A model generated the notes under the pieces. The model saw only the letters and a program-made list of their open reading frames with translations. It did not search any database and was not told where the DNA came from. Below, one piece after another: positions 1 to 10,565 of a stretch of 64,000 nt of DNA. The translations under genes were made by a program, and so were the position numbers. Source of the DNA: Candidatus Brocadiia bacterium (GTDB lineage Bacteria; Planctomycetota; Brocadiia; CAIUPP01); the NCBI GenBank assembly GCA_050015075.1, contig JBEKCB010000024.1, positions 1 to 64,000 on the forward strand, given 5' to 3'. Positions within the stretch are counted from its first letter, which is position 1. Each line of letters opens with the position of its first letter.

Positions 1-197
1 CGCTTCCTCAATGAAAGACGGGCCGGCAAACCTTGCTCGGAGTTCAAGGCCGCTCTCACGGCCGCTTGAGTGGAAAGAGGATATGCCCTTCACTCCAATT
101 TACACACAAGAGTTGACACTACCAAATATGGTAGTCTCACCCAACGAAGTGAGCCGGCCTTGCTCGACCGGCTCACTCGTAACGGTGATATGAATTG

Positions 198-866
198 TCA
201 CTTGCCGGCCACCTCTCTTTCTCGCGTGGGCAGGCCCATGGCAACCCATGCTTTCAGCCCGCCCCAGAAGTCGTACACCTCGGCATAGCCGAGAGCCTTG
301 AATTGCTTTGCTGCGCTCATCGAGGCTGAGCATTCCGTGCTGCCGCAGTACGTCACAATCGGAACCTTCAAGTCCGGCAGCACGATCGGCGCCAAGGTGC
401 TGACCTGGTTTTCGGGGATGTTGATTGCGCCCAGGATGTGCTCATGCATGTAGGCGCTCTTGGCGCCCACGTCTACCACGATGCCATGCCATGAGGACTT
501 CATTTTCTCCTGGAGCGCGGCGGCCGTCAGGAACCCGATGCCGTCTTTCCGCAACTTCTCGATTGTCGCCGTTTGGGCTCGATCGGAATCCATCAGGGCT
601 CGCTCTTGCTGCATCGTCGTCGGCTTCAATGAGCCCGCCTGCCAGTCATTGCCGGGCCGGTTCCACGAATCACCCCAGGGCGGTCTGGTGATATCAATAC
701 TTGAACCGCCGGGCGGAACCCAGATGCCGGTATGTGAATCGGCGTCATAAGCCTCCGTCGCGTCGCCAGCCCGCGAAACCGGCGTACTCAACCAGAAACC
801 GCCGGCCAGCAGCGCCAGCCCGACAGGAATCCCGATGTACTTCGTCGTTTTGTTTCTGGAGAGCAT
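198..866 (-). CDS. Rhodanese-domain protein with N-terminal signal/TM segment
   Basis: HILGAINIP, IVTYCGSTEC and YDFWGGLKAW rhodanese motifs; hydrophobic N-terminus; GGAGG upstream. Confidence 0.8.
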   Translation of the reverse strand: MLSRNKTTKYIGIPVGLALLAGGFWLSTPVSRAGDATEAYDADSHTGIWVPPGGSSIDITRPPWGDSWNRPGNDWQAGSLKPTTMQQERALMDSDRAQTATIEKLRKDGIGFLTAAALQEKMKSSWHGIVVDVGAKSAYMHEHILGAINIPENQVSTLAPIVLPDLKVPIVTYCGSTECSASMSAAKQFKALGYAEVYDFWGGLKAWVAMGLPTREREVAGK

Positions 867-1300
867 GGCTGTTACCTCCTGGCGAATCCCCTGCGCCCGA
901 TTATCCGACCGGAGTAACGCCTTGAACCGTGCGTGCGCCGCGAACTAAGCATTGACCTGCTACGTAGAGTATATCGGGAATACATGGCTGGTCCTCCTTT
1001 TTAAGTCGCCCATTGCCCGCTACTTACGCTTACCTGAGTGTTTAACTCCTCTATCCACTAGTAAGTCTGGCCCAGTTTCGGGGCGCTGTCAAGGGAATGC
1101 AAAGATAAAGAGCCGGAAAGACGAGTTTTGCCGCAAAGAGGCGCAAGACAGACGATAGACGACGGACGATGGACGATGGATCGTTCGCGCGTATTTCCGG
1201 CCGGTCGTTGTCCATTTACTCGCGAAGGAGTTTCTTTCGCGAGGAGACACACTAAATGCCGACAGCGAAACCTTCGCGTATTCGCCGTCCATTAATAATC

Positions 1301-1331
1301 ATTCGGCAATCGGCATTCGGCAATCGGCAAT
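1301..1331. repeat. Heptamer tandem repeat (ATTCGGC/AATCGGC)
   Basis: attcggcaatcggcattcggcaatcggcaat; related runs at about 25652-25676 and 32690-32730. Confidence 0.7.
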
Positions 1332-1621
1332 TACGTCCGCCCCTTGTCCACCTCCTCGAAGATAAAGATCTGCGGCTTTTCGACGACGCCGGCGGCCTTC
1401 ATCGCTTCCTTGAGTTCCTTCGAGGCCAGGAACTTCTTCGCTTTCGCCGCGCTGGCCCACTCGAGGAACACGCAAAGATTCTTCGGCTGGCCTGCGATGT
1501 GCGAGATCCAGTATTCCTTCTCGCCGCCGGCGCGCCGCATCTCGGCGTGGGCCCGGAACACCTTGCGCCACTTCGCGTAGTCTTTAACCTTATGCCGCAC
1601 AAAGACGCCGATCTTGACCAT
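1331..1621 (-). CDS. Small dimeric alpha-beta barrel (cyclase/ABM-like) protein
   Basis: MVKIGVFVRHKVKDYAKWRKVF...ELKEAMKAAGV pattern; ATG at 1621 with AAGGAG upstream. Confidence 0.7.
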   Translation of the reverse strand: MVKIGVFVRHKVKDYAKWRKVFRAHAEMRRAGGEKEYWISHIAGQPKNLCVFLEWASAAKAKKFLASKELKEAMKAAGVVEKPQIFIFEEVDKGRT

Positions 1622-1857
1622 GGTCCCGCTCCTTCTCTGGCGTTCGCCGAGACTGACCGGTGCGATTCCTGGGCCCCACTTTTCGCCCCTGCCCCTGCGC
1701 GCCGGAAGAATCAGCCGCGGCGCTGTTCTCATCGAAGTTAGCGCCAGCCTGGAGGGATGTCAAGGAAATTTCGCGCCGGGATGACGCCGGGTTCGCGGCG
1801 GCGCGCCGCGCGGCCAATCGGAGCGCGTTCGGCGTCCTGAAATCCGCCGCCCGACGG

Positions 1858-2954
<1,097 letters not shown>

Positions 2955-2987
2955 GCTTCGCACTTTCGGAATCGGAGAGGCGCCCCC

Positions 2988-4193
2988 ATGAATCGCAAGC
3001 TGGGCCTGAACGATCTCGACGTGAAGGGCCGGCGCGTGCTGATGCGCGTGGACTTCAACGTGCCCCAGGATGACGCGGGCCACATCACCGACGACAAGCG
3101 CATCCGCGCCGCGCTGCCGAGCATCCAGGCGGTGCTCCAGAAGGGCGGATCGCTGGTCCTCATGTCCCACCTCGGCCGGCCCAAAGGCAAGCCCGACCCG
3201 AAATTCAGCCTGGCGCCGTGCGCGGCGCGGCTCTCCGAGCTGCTGAAGAAACCGGTCCGCCTCCTGCCCGATTGCATCGGCCCGGCGGTCGCCAAGGCCT
3301 GCGCCGCGCTCAAGCCCGGCGAGGTGGTGCTGCTCGAAAACCTGCGCTTCCACGCCGAAGAGCAGGAGGGCGACGCCGCCTTCGCCGCGCAGATCGCCCA
3401 TCTCGGCGACCTGTACGTCAACGACGCCTTCGGCACCTGCCACCGGCCTGACGCCTCCATGGTCGCCGTCCCGCAGGCGATGGGCCAGGCCGCCGCGGGC
3501 TTCCTGGTCGAGAAGGAAATCGAGTTCCTCTCCCGCGCGCTGGAATCGCCCGAGCATCCGTACTGGGCCATCCTCGGCGGCGCCAAGGTCTCCGACAAAA
3601 TCACCGTCATCAAGAAATTCCTCGACAACGTGGACGGCCTCCTCATCGGCGGCGCGATGGCCTACGCGTTCCTCAAGGCGAGCGGCAAGAACGTCGGCAA
3701 GTCCAAGCTCGAGAAGACCGAAGGCGTGGACCCGGTCGCCGTGGCGCGGCAGGTGCTCGACGACGCCGCCAGGAAGAACATCCCGATCCTGCTGCCGGTG
3801 GACCACGTCGCCGTGCGCGAGTTCAAGGAAGACGCCACCGTCATGATCGTCAAGGACGAAATCCCCGACGGACTGATGGGCGTGGACATCGGCCCGGAGA
3901 CGGTGAAGCTCTACTGCAAGAAGATCGCCGGCGCGAAGATGGTCGTCTGGAACGGGCCGATGGGCGTGTTCGAGATGGACTCCTTCGCCGACGGCACGCG
4001 CGCCGTCGCCGAGGCCCTCGCGAAGAGCAAGGCGATCACCATCGTCGGCGGCGGCGACACGGCCGCCGCGGTGGAGAAGTTCGGCCTCGCCGAGAAGATG
4101 CGCCACGTCTCCACCGGAGGCGGCGCCTCGCTGGAATTCCTTGAAGGCAAGGAACTCCCCGGCCTCGCCGTCCTGACCGACGCGAAGCCGTAA
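2988..4193 (+). CDS. pgk: Phosphoglycerate kinase
   Basis: RVDFNVP, SHLGRP, WNGPMGVFE and STGGGASLE motifs. Confidence 0.98.
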   Translation: MNRKLGLNDLDVKGRRVLMRVDFNVPQDDAGHITDDKRIRAALPSIQAVLQKGGSLVLMSHLGRPKGKPDPKFSLAPCAARLSELLKKPVRLLPDCIGPAVAKACAALKPGEVVLLENLRFHAEEQEGDAAFAAQIAHLGDLYVNDAFGTCHRPDASMVAVPQAMGQAAAGFLVEKEIEFLSRALESPEHPYWAILGGAKVSDKITVIKKFLDNVDGLLIGGAMAYAFLKASGKNVGKSKLEKTEGVDPVAVARQVLDDAARKNIPILLPVDHVAVREFKEDATVMIVKDEIPDGLMGVDIGPETVKLYCKKIAGAKMVVWNGPMGVFEMDSFADGTRAVAEALAKSKAITIVGGGDTAAAVEKFGLAEKMRHVSTGGGASLEFLEGKELPGLAVLTDAKP

Positions 4194-4197
4194 TGCC

Positions 4198-4280
4198 TCA
4201 CCACGACGACACGACGGGCCCGACGCACGGCGTTGAAACGGATTGACCTTCCCGGCCGTTCGTCGTGCCGTTGTGGTAAA
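4198..4280. repeat. Dispersed hairpin repeat family (CACCACGACGACACGACG...CGTCGTG..GTGGT), copy 1 of 4
   Basis: Imperfect inverted arms; related copies at about 33517-33608, 41428-41541 and 44839-44990, all at gene junctions. Confidence 0.65.
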
Positions 4281-4292
4281 TGACGGACGTCC

Positions 4293-4985
4293 ATGCCGGG
4301 GGTCGGTATGCGCTGTATCATTGCCCCTTCGATTCTGGCGTGCGATCTGCGCGTCCTCGGCGATTCCGTCCGCGCGGTCGAGTTCGCCGGCGCGGACTGG
4401 CATCACGTGGACGTCATGGACGGCCACTTCGTCCCGAACCTCACCTTCGGGCCGGATATCGTCAAGGCCGTGCGGAGCGCCTCCACGCTGCCGGTGGACG
4501 CGCACCTGATGATCACCGACCCGGCCCGGTTCGCGGAGATCTTCATCCGCGCCGGCGCGAACATCATTACGTTCCACATCGAAGTCGCGCCGAACCCGCG
4601 GCCGCTGCTGCGGAAAATCCGCCGCCTCGGCGCCCGGCCCGGGCTGGTGGTCAAGCCCGGCACGCCGGTCTCGGCCGTCTTCCCGTTTCTCGACGAGGTG
4701 GACCTCGTACTCGTCATGTCCGTTGAGCCGGGCTGGACCGGCCAGAAGTTCATGCCGAAGGCGCTCCGCAAAATCCGCGAGCTGCGCGCGAAGGCCGGCC
4801 CGGCGCTGGATATCGAGGTGGACGGCGGCGTGAATGAGGAAACGCTCGTCCCGTGCGCGCAGGCGGGGGCCAACGTGATCGTCGCCGGCGCGGCCGTGTA
4901 CCGCGCCGGTTCGCTCCGGGGCGCGATTCGGCGCATCCGGGCGACGCTCAAAAAGAACTATCTCTGCGTCCCGTGCGAAGGGTAG
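4293..4985 (+). CDS. rpe: Ribulose-phosphate 3-epimerase
   Basis: IAPSIL, HVDVMDGHFVPNLTFG and EVDGG motifs; start may instead be 4308. Confidence 0.96.
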   Translation: MPGVGMRCIIAPSILACDLRVLGDSVRAVEFAGADWHHVDVMDGHFVPNLTFGPDIVKAVRSASTLPVDAHLMITDPARFAEIFIRAGANIITFHIEVAPNPRPLLRKIRRLGARPGLVVKPGTPVSAVFPFLDEVDLVLVMSVEPGWTGQKFMPKALRKIRELRAKAGPALDIEVDGGVNEETLVPCAQAGANVIVAGAAVYRAGSLRGAIRRIRATLKKNYLCVPCEG

Positions 4986-4998
4986 GTGATCCGCTCCC

Positions 4999-5862
4999 AT
5001 GGCTGCCGCCATTTCCAAGAAGAAAGACATCCCCGAACAGCTCTGGATGCGCTGCCCCGGCTGCGGCGAGACGGTGTTCCGCAAGCTCGTCGAGGAGCGC
5101 CTGATGGTCTGCCCGGAGTGCCAGCATCATTACACCCTCACGGCGCGCCAGCGCATCGAGCAACTCGCCGACGCGGGCAGTTTCGAGGAGCGCTACGCCA
5201 ACCTCTCTTCCGCCGACCCGCTGAAGTTCAAGGACCTGCAAAGCTACACGGACCGGCTGAAAAAGTACCAGCGCGCCACGGGGCTGAAGGACGCCGCCGT
5301 CTGCGGCACCGCGCGCATCGAGGGGCATCCGGTGGTGCTTTGCGTGATGGATTCCGGCTTCCTCATGGCGAGCATGGGATCGGTCGTCGGCGAGAAGGTC
5401 ACGCGCTGCGCGGAGGACGCCATCGCGGGGCGCCTGCCGCTGATCCTCATCTGCGCCTCCGGCGGCGCGCGCATGCAGGAAGGCGTCGTGGCGCTCATGC
5501 AGATGGCCAAGACCGGCGCGGTGGTCGGCCGGCTCAACCAGGCGCGCGGGCTGTACATCACCGTCCTGACCAACCCGACCACCGGCGGCGTGATGGCCTC
5601 GTTCGCCTCGCTGGGCGACATCATCCTCGCCGAGCCGAAGGCGCTCATCGGGTTCGCCGGGCCGCGCGTCATCAAGGAGACCATCCGCGCCGAACTCCCG
5701 GCCGGCTTCCAGACCTCCGAGTTCCTGCTCGAGCGCGGTTTCATTGACCGCATCGTCCCGCGCGGCGAGCTGAAGAAGGACCTCGCGCGGCTGCTGACCA
5801 GTTGCGCCCCGACCGCGTACGGCGTTCCGCGCGCCGCCGCTCCCGGAGGCCCGGCCAAGTGA
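4999..5862 (+). CDS. accD: Acetyl-CoA carboxylase carboxyltransferase beta subunit
   Basis: LWMRCPGC zinc finger, SGGARMQEG, PTTGGV and GFAGPRVI motifs. Confidence 0.97.
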   Translation: MAAAISKKKDIPEQLWMRCPGCGETVFRKLVEERLMVCPECQHHYTLTARQRIEQLADAGSFEERYANLSSADPLKFKDLQSYTDRLKKYQRATGLKDAAVCGTARIEGHPVVLCVMDSGFLMASMGSVVGEKVTRCAEDAIAGRLPLILICASGGARMQEGVVALMQMAKTGAVVGRLNQARGLYITVLTNPTTGGVMASFASLGDIILAEPKALIGFAGPRVIKETIRAELPAGFQTSEFLLERGFIDRIVPRGELKKDLARLLTSCAPTAYGVPRAAAPGGPAK

Positions 5863-6158
5863 CCCGGAACCTCCGCCCGCCTCCGGCATCGGCCACGGTG
5901 GATATCTGGGTGCAGCCGGGCGCCTCGCGGCAGCGGATCGTCGGCCTGCACGGCGACGCCGTCAAGGTCGCCGTCGCGGCGCCGCCGGAGAAGGGCGCGG
6001 CGAACCGGGCGCTGGAGAAGTTGCTGGCGGAGGAGTTCGGCCTTGCCGCGGGCGCGGTCACGGTCATCGCCGGCGGTGTTTCGCGCCGGAAGCGTGTGAG
6101 CCTCCAGGGCGTCAGCCCGGACCGCGTCCGGGCCTGGGTGGCACGCTGGAAAACCTAG
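5859..6158 (+). CDS. DUF167 (YggU-like) protein
   Basis: VQPGAS...VAAPPEKGAANRAL...SRRK; GTG overlaps the accD stop. Confidence 0.85.
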   Translation: MTRNLRPPPASATVDIWVQPGASRQRIVGLHGDAVKVAVAAPPEKGAANRALEKLLAEEFGLAAGAVTVIAGGVSRRKRVSLQGVSPDRVRAWVARWKT

Positions 6159-6201
6159 TGCTTCCTTGCGGAAATAGGCGTCCTATTTCCGCAAGGAAGC
6201 A
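6159..6201. repeat. Perfect 20-bp inverted repeat
   Basis: tgcttccttgcggaaatagg-cgt-cctatttccgcaaggaagca. Confidence 0.85.
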
Positions 6202-6258
6202 TGGCCGCGCTAAGCCCCGTCATTTTATTGAGTTATGCGTTCCGTTGGACCGTGTTTA

Positions 6259-6290
6259 GTTGCGTAAATTGGTGCGCCAATTTACGCAAC
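6259..6290. repeat. Perfect 14-bp inverted repeat
   Basis: gttgcgtaaattgg-tgcg-ccaatttacgcaac. Confidence 0.8.
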
Positions 6291-6334
6291 GAAACACTAG
6301 GGATGAAAGGGTCGCGCCGATGGGCAAGCAACGC

Positions 6335-7159
6335 ATGGCGAGCGAGCTTCAGCAGCAGATCCAGGCGGCCGCGAACGTCATCCGCACCTTCTGCAAGCGC
6401 AAGCCCTCCGTCGGCATCATCCTCGGGACCGGCCTCGGGCGGCTGGCGGCCGACGTCAAGAGGAGCGTCGTCATTCCTTACCGCGACATACCGCATTTCC
6501 CGCGCACGACCGTGGCCACGCACGCCGGCGAACTGGTGATCGGCGAGCTGGCCGGAAAGACCGTCGCCACGCTCTCCGGCCGGTTCCACTATTACGAAGG
6601 GTACTCGATGCAGGAGATCACCCTTCCGGTGCGCGTCCTCAAGGCGATCGGCGCGAGCACGCTGGTGACCTCGGGCGCCTCCGGCGGCATGAACCCGCAG
6701 TATCGCAAGGGCGACCTGATGGTCATTGACGACCACATCAACCTGATGGGCGACAACCCGCTCATCGGGCCGAACGACGACTCGCTCGGCCCGCGCTATC
6801 CGGACCTCTGCCGGCCGTACGACCCGGCGCTGATCGAGCGCTCGCTCGACGCGGCGCTCAAGATGGGCATCCGCTGCCACACCGGCGTGTACGTCGCCGT
6901 CGCCGGCCCGAACCTGGAGACCCGCGCGGAGTACCGCTTCCTCCGCACCATCGGCGCGGATGTCGTCGGCATGTCCGTCGTCCCGGAGGTGCTCGTCGCG
7001 GTCCACTCCGGCATGCGCGTGCTCGGCCTGGCCGTCGTCACCGATATGTGCCTGCCCGATGCGCTCAAGCCCGCCGATATCGCCGAGATCGTCAAGGTCG
7101 CCAACGCCGCCGAGCGCAAAATGACCGCTCTTGTCGAACGGGTCATCGCGCAGACGTGA
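6335..7159 (+). CDS. punA: Purine nucleoside phosphorylase (trimeric PNP/XapA family)
   Basis: ILGTGLG, GRFHYYEG, GPNLETRAE and GADVVGMS motifs; start may instead be 6320. Confidence 0.93.
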   Translation: MASELQQQIQAAANVIRTFCKRKPSVGIILGTGLGRLAADVKRSVVIPYRDIPHFPRTTVATHAGELVIGELAGKTVATLSGRFHYYEGYSMQEITLPVRVLKAIGASTLVTSGASGGMNPQYRKGDLMVIDDHINLMGDNPLIGPNDDSLGPRYPDLCRPYDPALIERSLDAALKMGIRCHTGVYVAVAGPNLETRAEYRFLRTIGADVVGMSVVPEVLVAVHSGMRVLGLAVVTDMCLPDALKPADIAEIVKVANAAERKMTALVERVIAQT

Positions 7160-7189
7160 CCGCAGGACAGAACACGGGGAAAGGCGAAC

Positions 7190-7636
7190 GTGGAGCAGGC
7201 CGCCTTGCGACCCAGGTATCCGGTGCGCTTAAGAATCGGGCTCACGCTGGTTCTCGCCTTGCTTCTGCTGTCGCAACTGGCCGTGATTATCAGACTGAAA
7301 CAGACGCTGCCTTCGGCCATGGCCGCCGAGGGCATGGCTCGTTATGAAAAGCGCTACGTCGAAGCGAGGAAACTCCTCCCGCGCTCCGGGGTGATCGGCT
7401 ATCTGGGCGACCCGCCGGGCAGCGGCGGCGTGACGCAGGGCCTGTATGAACGCCGCTACCATTCGGCGGAATATATCCTGGCGCCCCTGGTCATTGCTGA
7501 CTCCATCGAGCCTGATCTCATACTCGGGAACTTTTTCTTCCCCCACGCCATGGAAAAGGCGATCTTAGAGCATCACTTGATCGTGCTTTACGACTTCCGC
7601 AACGGCGTCTTCATCCTCCGCAAGGCAGGCTCATGA
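7190..7636 (+). CDS. Membrane-anchored hypothetical protein
   Basis: One N-terminal TM; stop overlaps the next ATG. Confidence 0.65.
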   Translation: MEQAALRPRYPVRLRIGLTLVLALLLLSQLAVIIRLKQTLPSAMAAEGMARYEKRYVEARKLLPRSGVIGYLGDPPGSGGVTQGLYERRYHSAEYILAPLVIADSIEPDLILGNFFFPHAMEKAILEHHLIVLYDFRNGVFILRKAGS

Positions 7637-9048
7637 TGCCCGGCTTGATTTTGTCGTTCGTGCTGGCGCTGCTGATGGGGATGGCGGTTGCGACGCTCCT
7701 CTGGCCGCGCCGGCGGCTGCAGGCCGACCTGCTGATGAAAGTGTCGCTGGCGACCGGCCTGGGACTGGGAGCGACTTCCTGCCTGTCATTTCTCTATCTG
7801 GTGGCGGCGCGCGGCCATCTCGACAACCTGCCCGTTGCAGAACTCGTTGTCCTCGCAGTTCTCGTGACTTGCGCGGTCCTCCGGCACTCGCCCGGGAAAC
7901 CGGCCCTCGCCGGTTTGAAGGAAAGCGGACCCTTGACGCTCGCCGCGCCGGCGGCGGCCTTGGCGGTCTTCCTGATGGGCGCGGCGACGTTTGCCCTGGA
8001 CTCCGCGTGCTGGCCTCATGGCGACTGGGACGCGTGGAGCGTGCAGAACCTCCATGCCCGCTTCCTCTATCGAGGCGGCGAGCAATGGGTGAACCTCTTC
8101 TCGAAGCCGCTGAGTTGGTCGTCTCTGGACTACCCGCTGCTGCTCCCGGGCTCCGTCATGCGCAGTTGGGTCTTTGCCGGCGGGGAAACTGTCCTGGGCC
8201 CCATTCTGGTCGCCTTCGTTTTTGTGGCGGGCGCATGCCTGCTCCTTTTCTCAGGCCTTGCGCTTCTGCGCGGAAAACTGCGCGGCTCCCTGGCTGTGAT
8301 CGTACTGGCCGGCACCCCATTTTTCATCGGGCACGCGGCCGCGCAATATGCCGACGTGCCGCTGGCCTTCTTCTATCTGGCGACGCTGGTCCTGCTTTGC
8401 CTCGCGGACCGGGAAAGGGAAGGCGGCCGCGGACTCCTGGCGCTGGCCGGGCTGGCCTGCGGCATGGCGGCCTGGACGAAGAACGAAGGGCTGCTTTTCA
8501 TGATCTGCGTCCTGCTGCCGAGAGTTTGGACTCTGATCAGGAAGTCCGGCCCGCGCACCTGCTGGAGCTGGGCGTGGCCGTTCCTCGCCGGGTTGTTGCC
8601 GGTGCTGCTGATCGTGCTGTTCTTCAAGGGCCGCTACGCTCCGCCCAACGAGATCGTCGGCCCCGCCGGCCGCGAAGGCGCCCTGCAGTGGATCCTGACG
8701 CCGTCGAGATACGCGGCCATTGGGAAATGGTTCCTCAAGCACGCCTTCACCTTCGGGCGATGGGATGAACTGCGATATCTCCCGATCACCCCTGTGCCGC
8801 TGCTGCTGGGCGCGCTGTTCCTTTTCGGGATCAGGCGGGATGGAAAAGAGTTTCAGGGCGCCCTGGCGGCCGCATGGACGCTTGGACTGACTTGGGCCGG
8901 CTACCTTTCCATTTACCTCATCACCCCGAATCCGCTGGACTGGCAACTGACCACCGCCGGCGGGCGTCTCTTGATCCAGCTCTGGCCCAGCGCTCTCTTC
9001 GTTTTCTTCATGGTTATACGCGATCCGCTTTCGGAGAGTTTGCCGTAA
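7633..9048 (+). CDS. Multi-TM GT-C fold glycosyltransferase (PMT/ArnT-like)
   Basis: Many TM helices; WDAW...DYPLL, YADVP and WTKNEG motifs. Confidence 0.75.
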   Translation: MMPGLILSFVLALLMGMAVATLLWPRRRLQADLLMKVSLATGLGLGATSCLSFLYLVAARGHLDNLPVAELVVLAVLVTCAVLRHSPGKPALAGLKESGPLTLAAPAAALAVFLMGAATFALDSACWPHGDWDAWSVQNLHARFLYRGGEQWVNLFSKPLSWSSLDYPLLLPGSVMRSWVFAGGETVLGPILVAFVFVAGACLLLFSGLALLRGKLRGSLAVIVLAGTPFFIGHAAAQYADVPLAFFYLATLVLLCLADREREGGRGLLALAGLACGMAAWTKNEGLLFMICVLLPRVWTLIRKSGPRTCWSWAWPFLAGLLPVLLIVLFFKGRYAPPNEIVGPAGREGALQWILTPSRYAAIGKWFLKHAFTFGRWDELRYLPITPVPLLLGALFLFGIRRDGKEFQGALAAAWTLGLTWAGYLSIYLITPNPLDWQLTTAGGRLLIQLWPSALFVFFMVIRDPLSESLP

Positions 9049-9072
9049 CCTTGTTTCATCGGATGCAGTCCT

Positions 9073-9807
9073 CTGATCCCTGACCCGCATCAAGCTCGGT
9101 TTTACCGCGACTGGGTCGCGAAGTCCGGCCTGGTGAGTTTCCGGGTCGCCATCCGCGAGAGCGACCTGATGATCCGCGCTCACCGGGACCTGCGCCACCA
9201 GGCCTCGGACCTTACGCAGCAGGCGCGCGACGAGATCGAGGCGGAAATCCGCCGCCGCCCCGTCTTCCGCACGAGCCTGGCGCCGCTGCCGATGCCGGTC
9301 CGCGCCGGGCCGGTCGTCCGCGCCATGATCGAGTCGGGCCGCGTCTGCGATGTCGGCCCCATGGCCGCCGTCGCCGGCGCCGTCGCGCAGTTCGTCGGCG
9401 AGGGCCTGCTCCGCTGGACGCCGGAAGTGATCGTGGAGAACGGCGGCGACATCTACCTGAAAATGGGCCGCCCCGTCGAGATGGGCCTGTACGCCGGCGA
9501 GCACTCGCCTTACACCGGCGGGATCAAACTGAAGGTGAACCCCGCCGGCGGCGCGCTCGGCGTCTGCACCTCATCGGGCACGGTCGGGCACAGCCTGTCG
9601 TTCGGCCGCTCGGACGCCATCGTCTGCGTCGCCGCCGGCGCCGCCCTGGCCGACGCCGCCGCCACCGCCATCGGCAACCGCATCCTGTCGCCGGACGACG
9701 TAGAGAGAACGCTGCGCGAGGAGCAGGAGCGCGGCCTGCTCAAGGGACTGCTGATCACCATCGGCGGACGCATGGGTGCATTCGGTGAGATCGAGATCCT
9801 GCGTTAA
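9073..9807 (+). CDS. UPF0280 / ApbE-like protein
   Basis: VGPMAAVAGAVA, ENGGDI, CTSSGTVGHSLSFG and ADAAATAIGN motifs; first canonical start is GTG 9133 but conserved-looking sequence extends upstream. Confidence 0.88.
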   Translation: MIPDPHQARFYRDWVAKSGLVSFRVAIRESDLMIRAHRDLRHQASDLTQQARDEIEAEIRRRPVFRTSLAPLPMPVRAGPVVRAMIESGRVCDVGPMAAVAGAVAQFVGEGLLRWTPEVIVENGGDIYLKMGRPVEMGLYAGEHSPYTGGIKLKVNPAGGALGVCTSSGTVGHSLSFGRSDAIVCVAAGAALADAAATAIGNRILSPDDVERTLREEQERGLLKGLLITIGGRMGAFGEIEILR

Positions 9808-9894
9808 GTGCGACATCTCGCAAGTCCGACTGGACTTTCGACATGCCGCACTTCGTCAGCCGCATCCCCGAATCGTATAAGATGTTTTATAAAT

Positions 9895-9910
9895 TGTTTC
9901 ACGTGGAACA
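9895..9910. promoter_or_regulatory. parS: parS centromere-like site
   Basis: TGTTTCACGTGGAACA; reverse complement TGTTCCACGTGAAACA matches the bacterial parS consensus; intergenic. Confidence 0.85.
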
Positions 9911-10127
9911 ATCAGAGTATTCCTGACATCGTGCCCGTTTCATGCCGTCACAATGATGCCGAAAACGGTCCGCAACGAGGCCGGATAGCCCGCGCTAAGC
10001 CTGCAATGATGCCCTCCATTGACGCGCCCGCGAGAGACCGCTGAAAAAGCAGATCGCCCGGCAGTGCCATTTGAAAAAACGAACCTAACCGCCGGCGCCA
10101 ACTCCCAAATAAATAACGATTTGCCTC

Positions 10128-10155
10128 TTGACATCTGCGACATATGTAGTACACT
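10128..10155 (+). promoter_or_regulatory. Promoter overlapping a BlaI/CopY-type operator
   Basis: TTGACA-N16-TACACT with palindrome-like TGCGACATATGTAGTA in the spacer, directly upstream of a BlaI-family gene. Confidence 0.65.
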
Positions 10156-10184
10156 GATTATGGTCTTAGTAGGATGAGCTGACG

Positions 10185-10565
10185 ATGCGACTCACGCCGG
10201 CAGAATGGAAGTTGATGAACGCCGTCTGGCAGGGACATCCGGTCACCGCGCGGGGCATCGAGGGGCGTTTGCCCGGCGGTGACCGGTGGGCCTACACGAC
10301 GATCAGGACGATGCTCTCTAGGCTGGTGGCCAAAGGAGCCCTGGCAGAACGCAAAGAGGGCAAGACGAGCCTCTACGAGCCGCGCCTGACGCCTCGCAAA
10401 GCGCGCCTGAGCGCGCTCGGGGCGCTGGCGACGGACGCCTTCGACGGGGCGTTCGCCGATCTCATTCATTTCCTGGTGAAAGAGGAAGAGTTGCCGCCGG
10501 GCGAGCTTCAGAAACTCATGAGCCTGCTTCAGGACAACGTCAAGAAAAAGGAGGGCAAGCGATGA
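10185..10565 (+). CDS. BlaI/MecI/CopY family repressor
   Basis: LTPAEWKLMNAVW, WAYTTIRTMLSRLVAKG. Confidence 0.93.
   Translation: MRLTPAEWKLMNAVWQGHPVTARGIEGRLPGGDRWAYTTIRTMLSRLVAKGALAERKEGKTSLYEPRLTPRKARLSALGALATDAFDGAFADLIHFLVKEEELPPGELQKLMSLLQDNVKKKEGKR

Noticed and set aside
1-69. c-di-GMP-I riboswitch (GGCAAACC...) or 3' end of an upstream CDS
   Set aside because: Lacks the GNRA loop and GCAAA elements; too little sequence to support either call
6205-6240. dif/Xer-like site
   Set aside because: Only a loose resemblance; the XerD arm consensus is not matched
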